A DNA stretch of 30,741 nucleotides from positions 1-30,741 of the forward strand of contig DAIEMM010000130.1 in NCBI GenBank assembly GCA_027349605.1. The letters run 5' to 3'. Below are positions 23,994-30,741 of this stretch, piece by piece (the first letter of the stretch is position 1; the number at the start of each line of letters is the position of its first letter). A model generated the notes under the pieces. It was not told the DNA's origin. It was given only the letters and a program-made list of their open reading frames with translations, and did no database searches. The stretch comes from Anaeromyxobacteraceae bacterium. GTDB taxonomy: Bacteria > Myxococcota > Myxococcia > Myxococcales > Anaeromyxobacteraceae. Made by a program: the position numbers and the translations under genes.

Positions 23994-24023
23994 ATCCTAC
24001 TTAACGGATTACCATCCTGTCAA
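23994..24023 (-). promoter_or_regulatory. Sigma70-type promoter of the osmC-yeiH-cysG-sir operon with overlapping operator
   Basis: TTGACA-N18-TAGGAT; contains ATCCGTTAAGTAGGAT (23994-24009), shared with the ssu promoter. Confidence 0.7.
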
Positions 24024-24063
24024 GCGGACAACGGAGGAACGTCCGATCTAGCGGATGACGCGA

Positions 24064-25467
24064 TCAGTCGTCACGCTGCCGGTAGTCGTCCGAGCGCAGA
24101 CCGTGGGTCTTCAGGAGCCGGTGCAAGCTTTCGCGCTTGATGCCTGCCCGTTCCGCCGCCTTGGTCACGTTGCCGTGGAACTCGGTGAGGAGTGCCACCA
24201 GGTACTCGCGCGAGACGCGATCGTGCGCCTGCTCTACGGCCTCCCGGTAGGGCATGGACGCGAGTACCGCTCCGGGTGGGATGAGCATCGCTGTCGCAGC
24301 GGAGAGCTCTGGCGGGAGGTCGCGCCCCTGGATCGTCGTTCCGCTGGCGACGGCGACGGCGCGCTCCACGGCGTTTTCCAGCTCCCTCACGTTCCCGGGC
24401 CAGGGGTGCGACGTGAGCAGGCGGAGCGCCTCCGGGTCGAAGCCGGAGATCTCCCGCCGCATCGCGCTCGCATGTTTCTCCAGGAAATGCGTTGCGAGGA
24501 GGGGCACGTCCTCGATGCGATCGCGAAGCGGCGGCAAGTGAACCGGGAAGACGTGGAGACGGTAGTAGAGGTCCTCCCGGAAACGACCGGCCTGGGACTC
24601 GGCGCGCAGGTCCCGGTGGGTGGCCGCGATCACGCGGACGTCCACCTTCACGGGCGTGTTGTCTCCCACCCTTCGGATCTCCTTCTCCTGCAACGCGCGG
24701 TTGAGCTTCACCTGGGTCGCGAGAGGTAGCTCGCCGATCTCGTCGAGGAAGATGGTTCCACCCTGGGCCTCCTCGAAGATGCCCGCCTTGGCCCCGGCTG
24801 CACCCGTGAACGCGCCCCGTGCATGGCCGAAGAGCTCGCTCTCCACGAGATCGGGTGGCAAGGCGCCGCAGTTCACGGGCACGAACCGGCGCTCCTTCCG
24901 CGACGAGTGGTAGTGGATGGCGCGGGCCGCGAGCTCCTTGCCGGTGCCGGTCTCGCCGCCGAGGAGCACCGTGATGTCGAGCGCGGAAGCCTTCTCGAGG
25001 AGGCGGTACACCTCGCGCATCGGAGCGCTCTTCCCGATGAGGTTGTGGAAGGAGTACACGCCCTCGAGCTCCCGCCGCAGGCTCATCGCCTCGTCTCGGA
25101 GGCGCTTGCGTTCGGCGGCACGCGCCACCGTCAGGCCCGCGGCGTCGGGGTCGAACGGCTTCTCGAGGTAGTCGTAGGCTCCCATCTTCATTGCCTTCAC
25201 GGCGTCGCCGACCGTCCCATAGCCGGTCATCATCACCACCTCGGTGGAGGGGGAGCGTGCCTTCACGGCCTGGAGGACCTCGAACCCCCCGGCGCCCGGC
25301 ATGCGGATGTCGGTCACGACCACGTCGAACTCCTCGGTGCCGACGAGCGAGAGGGCGTGCGCTCCATCTCCAGCGGTCGACAGGCGGTAGCCGTGGGACA
25401 GGATCTTCCCGAACAGCTTCAGCATGTTTTCCTTGTCGTCGACGACGAGAACTCTCACGTCGGTCAT
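24064..25467 (-). CDS. Sigma54-dependent response regulator (NtrC family; CorR-like)
   Basis: Receiver VLVVDDK...VVTDIRMPG...YLEKPF; Walker A GETGTGKE; GAFTGA; FLDEIGE; C-terminal HTH GNVTKAAERAGIKRESL. Confidence 0.92.
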   Translation of the reverse strand: MTDVRVLVVDDKENMLKLFGKILSHGYRLSTAGDGAHALSLVGTEEFDVVVTDIRMPGAGGFEVLQAVKARSPSTEVVMMTGYGTVGDAVKAMKMGAYDYLEKPFDPDAAGLTVARAAERKRLRDEAMSLRRELEGVYSFHNLIGKSAPMREVYRLLEKASALDITVLLGGETGTGKELAARAIHYHSSRKERRFVPVNCGALPPDLVESELFGHARGAFTGAAGAKAGIFEEAQGGTIFLDEIGELPLATQVKLNRALQEKEIRRVGDNTPVKVDVRVIAATHRDLRAESQAGRFREDLYYRLHVFPVHLPPLRDRIEDVPLLATHFLEKHASAMRREISGFDPEALRLLTSHPWPGNVRELENAVERAVAVASGTTIQGRDLPPELSAATAMLIPPGAVLASMPYREAVEQAHDRVSREYLVALLTEFHGNVTKAAERAGIKRESLHRLLKTHGLRSDDYRQRDD

Positions 25468-26930
25468 CCTGAAACCTCCTGGGTGTGCGGAATGTGAGGA
25501 AGGCTCAGGGTGAAGATGGCTCCCCTGCCGGGCGCCGGGGAGAGCGCGATGTCCCCCCCGTGAGCACGCGCGATGGCGCGAGAAACCGCCAGGCCAAGGC
25601 CGGTACCCTTGTCCTTCGTGGTGAAGAACGGCTCGAAGAGCCGCGAGGCCGCGTGCTCCGCGAGGCCGGGTCCGTCGTCTTCCACGTCGACCCGGACCCA
25701 CTGCTCGTCGCCGCGCACCCGGATGGTCACCCGTCCGTTCGCCCCGGCGGCTTCGGCGGCGTTCCGAATGAGGTTGGTGAGCACCTGCCGGATCTTCAGG
25801 GGATGGCACTGCACGGTGGCCTCGCCGTCGATCGCGACCTGGACTCCCTCGAGGGCCTCGGCCTCCCGGAGGCGGCCGACGACTTCATCGGCGACCTCGC
25901 GAAGGTCGAGCACCTCGCGAGCCTGCGACAGCGGACGAGACAGGTCGAGAAGTCCCTCGACGATGTCGCGAGCACGGATGGCCTCCTCCTCGATCACGCG
26001 GACGTCGTCCGCCAGAGGCCCGCGAGCGCTCTTCCCGAGCAGTCGCGCATAGCCGAGGATGACGGCCAGAGGGTTGTTGATCTCGTGGGCGACGCCCGCA
26101 GCCAGGCGCCCGATGCCAGCCAGCTTCTCGCTCTGGACCAGGCGAGCCTGGTTTTCCTTGAGGGCCGCCGTCATGGAGTTGAACTGGCGGGCGAGAGCGC
26201 CGAACTCGTCATCGGTGCCGACGTCGATCCGGGTATCCAGGTCGCCGGACGCGAGCCTCGTGGCGCCCGCGCGCAGGCGACCCAGGGGGCCAGCAATCGA
26301 GCGGCCGACGCTCACCGCGATGGCGACGGCGAGAATTGGAGCGCCGATGAGGAGGACCATCACCCAGCGGTGGATGCTCTCCTCCGCCGCGAGGACCTCG
26401 GCCCGGGAAGCCCGGATGCTCGCCTCCGACTTCTCGGTGATGAGATTGGCTCGATCCTGGATGAGGGAGACGAGTTCCTGGGCCCGATCGTGCTCGGACT
26501 GGATGACGGTGGCGTCACGGCGAAGGACGGCGGGAACGATGGAATCGCGAAACAGCGAATCCAGGCTTCTGCCGGCCGTCTCGATGTCACCCATCCACCG
26601 GGATTCCTCTTCCCCTCGATAGTGCGCACGGAGCTCGCGCGTGAGTTCGTGCACGCGCTCGCGGGCTCCCACGTAATGACCCATGTGCGATTCGTTGCCG
26701 ATGATGATGGTGTGGGCCTGGTGGGCGTACTGGTCCCGCACCGCGCTGGCGAGCTCGAGCGCGAGCCGCATCCCTTCCTCGTCGTCCTTCATCCGTTCCA
26801 CCGCCAGGTGCGTGCTGTGCAAGCCGGCCAGCGCAACCCAGGATGTCACCCCCACGACGAGGGCGAGAGCGCCCAGGCCAAGGGCGAGCCGTCGCGCCGT
26901 TCCCGACCAGCCAGAGAGGAAGGTGTGCAT
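25464..26930 (-). CDS. HAMP sensor histidine kinase with His-rich periplasmic domain (CorS-like)
   Basis: Two TMs; periplasmic QYAHQAHTIIIGNESHMGHY; HAMP; H-box GVAHEINNPL; N-box NLIRNA; DDGPG, FFTTK, GTGLGL. Confidence 0.9.
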   Translation of the reverse strand: MHTFLSGWSGTARRLALGLGALALVVGVTSWVALAGLHSTHLAVERMKDDEEGMRLALELASAVRDQYAHQAHTIIIGNESHMGHYVGARERVHELTRELRAHYRGEEESRWMGDIETAGRSLDSLFRDSIVPAVLRRDATVIQSEHDRAQELVSLIQDRANLITEKSEASIRASRAEVLAAEESIHRWVMVLLIGAPILAVAIAVSVGRSIAGPLGRLRAGATRLASGDLDTRIDVGTDDEFGALARQFNSMTAALKENQARLVQSEKLAGIGRLAAGVAHEINNPLAVILGYARLLGKSARGPLADDVRVIEEEAIRARDIVEGLLDLSRPLSQAREVLDLREVADEVVGRLREAEALEGVQVAIDGEATVQCHPLKIRQVLTNLIRNAAEAAGANGRVTIRVRGDEQWVRVDVEDDGPGLAEHAASRLFEPFFTTKDKGTGLGLAVSRAIARAHGGDIALSPAPGRGAIFTLSLPHIPHTQEVSG

Positions 26931-26946
26931 TCAGTCATTCCGTTAC

Positions 26947-26962
26947 AGCAAGAGTTACGCCT
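26947..26962 (-). promoter_or_regulatory. Sigma54 promoter for the kinase/regulator operon (autoregulation)
   Basis: AGGCGTAACTCTTGCT; 75 bp from the UAS F centre. Confidence 0.55.
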
Positions 26963-27023
26963 GCGCTCGATGGACCGAAAATCAGCTACTTGGCGACCCG
27001 GATGGGACAGCTAGCCGCTCCGG

Positions 27024-27048
27024 GGGCGTGACCGTGATGGTGACAGTG
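27024..27048. promoter_or_regulatory. Candidate activator binding site (UAS F)
   Basis: GGGCGTGAC-CGTGATG-GTGACAGTG (7/9 per arm) between the regulator operon and the efflux operon. Confidence 0.6.
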
Positions 27049-27151
27049 TAATGCAGCAGATCGAAGGCGGAGTGCCGTGTCTGAAGGAGTCGAACGCTCG
27101 ATCTCCTGAAATGCCAGAGGCTTGGGTTGATGAGCCCCGCCGCCCGTGATT

Positions 27152-27167
27152 CGGCACGCCGAGTGCT
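27152..27167 (+). promoter_or_regulatory. Sigma54 promoter of the cupredoxin-cus operon
   Basis: CGGCACGCCGAGTGCT; 117 bp from the UAS F centre. Confidence 0.7.
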
Positions 27168-27201
27168 AAGGACCACTCCGAACCCTTTCCCGGAGAAGCA
27201 A

Positions 27202-27618
27202 ATGGTCATCAAATCCATCGTCGTGACTTCCCTGACCGTCGCCGCTCTCGTCGCCATCCCCGCTCCGGCCTCTGCCATGGACGACCACCAGCACGGGTCG
27301 CACGGGCCGGCGCCAGTGGCGGCTCCCTCCACCGCCAGCCCTGCTCCGAAGGATGCCCAGGAGGTTGCGATCACCGTCACGAGCAAGGGCTTCGAGCCCT
27401 CGACGGTGACGGTGAAGAGCGGCAAGCCGGTGAAGCTCGTCGTGACGCGCAAGACTGAGCGGACCTGCGCGACCGAGATCGTGATGAAGGACTTCGGGGT
27501 GAACCAGACCCTTCCGCTGGAAAAGCCCGTGAACATCGTGGTCAACCCGAAGGGGCCCGGTCAGTATCGCTTCGCGTGCAGCATGAACATGATCGCCGGG
27601 ACCCTGAACGTCCAGTAG
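27202..27618 (+). CDS. Secreted cupredoxin-domain protein (CupA-like, 138 aa)
   Basis: ATG after GGAGAAG; signal peptide then MDDHQHGSHG; TCATEI and FACSMNMIAG ligand loops. Confidence 0.88.
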   Translation: MVIKSIVVTSLTVAALVAIPAPASAMDDHQHGSHGPAPVAAPSTASPAPKDAQEVAITVTSKGFEPSTVTVKSGKPVKLVVTRKTERTCATEIVMKDFGVNQTLPLEKPVNIVVNPKGPGQYRFACSMNMIAGTLNVQ

Positions 27619-27628
27619 GAGGAACGCC

Positions 27629-29011
27629 GTGCTCTCGATCGTGGCCTTGCTCGTCGTCGCCGCAGCCGATGTTGGGACTGCACCCATTCCGCTCGACGCG
27701 GATCCCGCGGTCCGGGGGCTCGTGGAGCAGGCGCTGAAGAGCAGCCCGGAGATCGGGAGGGCCGAGGCGACCGCGAAAGCGGAGGGCGAGCGGGCCCCTC
27801 AGGTGGGCTCCCTTCCAGACCCGACGCTCACGCTGGGCATCCAGAACGACGGCTTCAATGGGATCCAGATCGGGACCATGGAGACGTCCTACTGGCAGGT
27901 CATGCTGACGCAGCCGATTCCCTGGCCCGGAAAGCTCTCGGCGAGGGAAGCGGCGGCACGCTCCCAGGCGAGCGTCGCCGGTGGAGAGACGGCGCGGCTC
28001 CGGCTCACGACCACGGCGGACGTGGAGCGGGCCTACGTGGACCTGCTCCTCGTCCGCGGCCAGATCGCGCTGCTCGGCAAGCTGGAGGTGCTCTGGCGGG
28101 AGGCCGAGGTGATAGCCAGGGCGCGCTACGAGGTCGGTCAAGTGTCGCAGTCGGACCTGCTTCGCGCGCAGCTCGAGCGAACCCGGCTCCAGCAGCGCCG
28201 GGTGGCGCTGGAGGGCGAGGAGCGGACCCGGCTGCAGGCGCTCAACCGGCTCCGGGTCCATCCGCTCGACGAACCGGTCCCCACGCCACGTCCACTCTCC
28301 ACGTTCACCGACCCGGTCCTTCGCGCGGTTGACGAGGCAGTAGCCGATGCCGAGAGGCGGAGTCCCGACCTCGCCATCGCCGCGCTCTCGGTGCAGTCCG
28401 CCGACCGTCGCCTCGATTCCGCGAAGAAGGACTGGTTCCCCGACTTCGCCGTCACCGCGGGAGTCATGCCGCGGGGGCAGATCGAGCCCATGTGGACCGT
28501 TCAGCTCGGGATCACCCTGCCTGTCTGGGGTGCGACCAAGCAGTCGAAGGGCGTGGAGGAGAGCCAGTCACGCCGTGAAGCCGACCTCCGCAGCGAGGAG
28601 TCGGTGCGACTTCAAGTAAGGCTGCGCGCGCAGGAGCGGAGGACGCTTCTCGCCTCGGCGCTGCAGACCCTCGACATCTATCGCGGCGGAATCCTCGTGC
28701 AGTCGGACGCAACCATCCGCTCCACGATGTCCCAGTACCAGGTGGGCAAGGTCACGTTCCCCTCGGTGCTCGAGGTCCTGCGCGGTCTCGTCGGCGACGA
28801 GGGCGGCTACCTGGACGCCTTGGCTGCGGCCCAGAAGCTGGCCATCGCCGACCGTGAAGTGAGCCTTGCTCCTCCCGATGGAATAGGCAGCGGCTCCGGC
28901 GGATCGATGCCGGGCGCGGCCTCCGTGTCCACCGCGGGGCGCCCCGCCGGAGGTTCGCCCCAGCCCGCCGCCGTTCCCGCCGCGACCGGCAGCACGTCTT
29001 CCGGAATGTAG
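27629..29011 (+). CDS. TolC-family outer membrane efflux protein (CusC-like)
   Basis: GTG after AGGAGG; SLPDPTLTLG, QPIPWPGK, YEVGQVSQSDLLRAQ, KDWFPDF, YQVGKVTF. Confidence 0.88.
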   Translation: MLSIVALLVVAAADVGTAPIPLDADPAVRGLVEQALKSSPEIGRAEATAKAEGERAPQVGSLPDPTLTLGIQNDGFNGIQIGTMETSYWQVMLTQPIPWPGKLSAREAAARSQASVAGGETARLRLTTTADVERAYVDLLLVRGQIALLGKLEVLWREAEVIARARYEVGQVSQSDLLRAQLERTRLQQRRVALEGEERTRLQALNRLRVHPLDEPVPTPRPLSTFTDPVLRAVDEAVADAERRSPDLAIAALSVQSADRRLDSAKKDWFPDFAVTAGVMPRGQIEPMWTVQLGITLPVWGATKQSKGVEESQSRREADLRSEESVRLQVRLRAQERRTLLASALQTLDIYRGGILVQSDATIRSTMSQYQVGKVTFPSVLEVLRGLVGDEGGYLDALAAAQKLAIADREVSLAPPDGIGSGSGGSMPGAASVSTAGRPAGGSPQPAAVPAATGSTSSGM

Positions 29012-29030
29012 TCCCACTGGAGAAGCGACG

Positions 29031-30446
29031 ATGAGCGACATGAAGATCCCTGCCCCTTCGCGTCGGTTCGGCGCCGGGGCGATGGCCCTGGTCCTGATGC
29101 TTGGCCTTGGCCTGGGGGGCGGAGCGGCGTACCTGGTCTTCCGTGGCACGCCGGGTCACGATCACGCAGCCCCTTCCGCCGAGGCGAAGACCCGCTACAC
29201 CTGCCCGATGCACCCGACCATCGTGTCGGACCACCCCGGCGACTGCCCGATCTGCGGCATGGCGCTCGTAAAGGTGGGGGCAGCCGGCGGAGCAGCCGGT
29301 GGCGAGAGGAAGATCGCCTTCTATCGGTCGCCCATGGACGCGAAGCAGACCTCGCCGGTCCCGAGGAAGGACGAGATGGGCATGGACTACCTGCCCGTCT
29401 ACGAGGATGAGGTGGCGGGCGGCGCGGCGCCGGTGGAGGGGCTCGCGAACGTGCAGATCGATCCGCAACGCCAGCAGCTCATCGGCCTGCGAACCGTCGA
29501 GGCCAGCGTCGGCCCCGTGGGCGCGAGCTGGCGCACGGTCGGCAAGGTGGCGGTCGACGAGACCCAGGTGCACCACGTGAACATCAAGGTGGGTGGCTTC
29601 GTGGACACCGTCTACGTGGACTACGTCGGCAAGCCGGTGAAGCGCGGCGAGCGGCTCTTCTCGATCTACAGCCCGGACCTGCTCTCCGTGCAGCAGGAAT
29701 ACCTCCTTGCGCTCCGGACCCGGAAGGCGCTCTCCGAGGGCGGAGTGGCCACCGGCGCCGGCAACGACCTGGTCGAGTCTGCTCGCGAGCGCCTCCGGCT
29801 CTGGGACATCCCGGAGAGCGAGGTGAAGCGGCTCGAGGAGACCGGCAAGCCGACGAAGAACCTCACCCTCTACTCGCCCATGACCGGGGTGGTGACGAAG
29901 AAGGACATCGTCATGGGGCACCGGCTCAACGAGGGGGACATGCCCTACGAGATCACCGACCTGTCCCGGGTCTGGGTTCTCGCCGACGCCTACGAGACCG
30001 ACCTCGGCCGGATCCGGACGGGGATGACCGCGACGCTCTCCCTCGAGGCATTTCCGAACAAGACGTTCAAGGGGAAGGTCATCTTCATCGACCCCATCCT
30101 CGACGCCAAGACCCGTACCGCCAAGGTCCGCCTCGAGTTCGCGAACCCCAAGGGCGAGCTCAAGCCGGAGATGTTCGGCGAGGTGACGATGCAGGCCGAG
30201 AAGCGGGAGGGCCTCCGCATCCCCGCCGATGCGGTCATCGACTCGGGGACGAGGAAGGTGGTCTTCGTCGCGCTTGACGAGGGCAAGTTCCAGCCACGCG
30301 AGATCGAGGTCGGGTCGGTGAGCGGAGATCAGGTGGAGGTCGTCTCCGGCCTGAAGGCCGGTGACAAGGTCGTCACCCGCGCCAACTTCCTCATCGACTC
30401 CGAGTCGCAGCTGCGCGCCTCACTGGCCGCCATGGGAGGGAAGTAG
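29031..30446 (+). CDS. cusB: Heavy-metal RND periplasmic adaptor with heavy-metal-binding domains
   Basis: YTCPMHP...CPICGMAL; YRSPM...KDEMGMDYLPVY; GFVDTV...GKPVKRGE..IYSPDL; LKPEMF; ANFLIDSES. Confidence 0.9.
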   Translation: MSDMKIPAPSRRFGAGAMALVLMLGLGLGGGAAYLVFRGTPGHDHAAPSAEAKTRYTCPMHPTIVSDHPGDCPICGMALVKVGAAGGAAGGERKIAFYRSPMDAKQTSPVPRKDEMGMDYLPVYEDEVAGGAAPVEGLANVQIDPQRQQLIGLRTVEASVGPVGASWRTVGKVAVDETQVHHVNIKVGGFVDTVYVDYVGKPVKRGERLFSIYSPDLLSVQQEYLLALRTRKALSEGGVATGAGNDLVESARERLRLWDIPESEVKRLEETGKPTKNLTLYSPMTGVVTKKDIVMGHRLNEGDMPYEITDLSRVWVLADAYETDLGRIRTGMTATLSLEAFPNKTFKGKVIFIDPILDAKTRTAKVRLEFANPKGELKPEMFGEVTMQAEKREGLRIPADAVIDSGTRKVVFVALDEGKFQPREIEVGSVSGDQVEVVSGLKAGDKVVTRANFLIDSESQLRASLAAMGGK

Positions 30447-30448
30447 CG

Positions 30449-30741
30449 ATGATCCAGAGGATCATCCGCTTCTCGGCGGAGAACCGCTTCCTGGTCATCG
30501 CCGGGACAGTCGTGCTGCTCGCGCTCAGCGTCTACGCGATGCGGAACATCCCGCTCGACGCGCTGCCCGACCTGTCCGACACGCAGGTCATCGTCTACTC
30601 CCGGTGGGATCGAAGCCCCGACATCATCGAGGACCAGGTCACCTATCCCATCACGACGGCGCTGCTCGGCGCGCCCAAGGTGAAGGCGATCCGGGGCTTC
30701 TCCGACTTCGGCTTCAGCTACGTCTACGTGATCTTCGAGGA
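30449..30741 (+). CDS. cusA: CusA/CzcA heavy-metal RND permease, N-terminal part (runs off the window)
   Basis: Translated by hand: MIQRIIRFSAENRFLV...IPLDALPDLSDTQVIVYSRWDRSPDIIEDQVTYPITTALLGAPKVKAIRGFSDFGFSYVYVIFE. Confidence 0.9.
   Translation, partial: MIQRIIRFSAENRFLVIAGTVVLLALSVYAMRNIPLDALPDLSDTQVIVYSRWDRSPDIIEDQVTYPITTALLGAPKVKAIRGFSDFGFSYVYVIFE

Noticed and set aside
79-29921. Long overlapping or antisense ORFs in the track (e.g. 102-1328, 4070-5734, 21930-23531, 25485-27014, 28752-29921) and N-terminal extensions (2506, 15510, 23927, 25809)
   Set aside because: Arg/Pro/Gly-rich shadow frames typical of high-GC DNA that overlap well-supported genes. True starts were reassigned using RBS, overlap and motif evidence.
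1-30741. rRNA, tRNA, CRISPR array or selenocysteine read-through
   Set aside because: No cloverleaf, regularly spaced repeats or in-frame TGA interrupting a recognisable gene was found by eye; tRNAscan/CRISPR tools were not run.

Overview
High-GC window whose gene content resembles Anaeromyxobacter/Myxococcota (taxonomy is inference). It has four blocks. (1) 22-6146: cystathionine beta-synthase, an Ssu-type sulfonate ABC importer and acetyl-CoA synthetase. (2) About 6150-18500: an accessory block of mostly uncharacterised Cys/His-rich genes. These include small secreted CxC proteins, a cytochrome c, a DUF5666-like protein, a MacB-like ABC system, a patatin-YHS fusion, a cupredoxin, an HD-GYP protein, DoxX and two pseudo-receivers. 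(3) 18526-24023 (-): OsmC-like, YeiH/PSE transporter, an 80-aa ORF, cysG and a sulfite/nitrite reductase, preceded by a leaderless Cys-containing uORF. (4) 24064-end: a His-rich sensor kinase with a sigma54 activator (CorSR-like), divergent from cupredoxin-TolC-cusB-cusA (truncated by the window edge). The main discovery comes from reading the intergenic DNA. Six copies of a palindrome (CAGYGTGAC-N7-GTCACRCTG) lie in helical phase with nine sigma54-type promoters, tying block 2 to the block 4 regulator as one putative copper regulon. Two of its transcripts share a covarying leader RNA, and one promoter appears to drive a C-loop hairpin RNA rather than a gene. The two sulfur operons share a separate 16-bp operator. 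All motifs were found by eye; no database searches were run.
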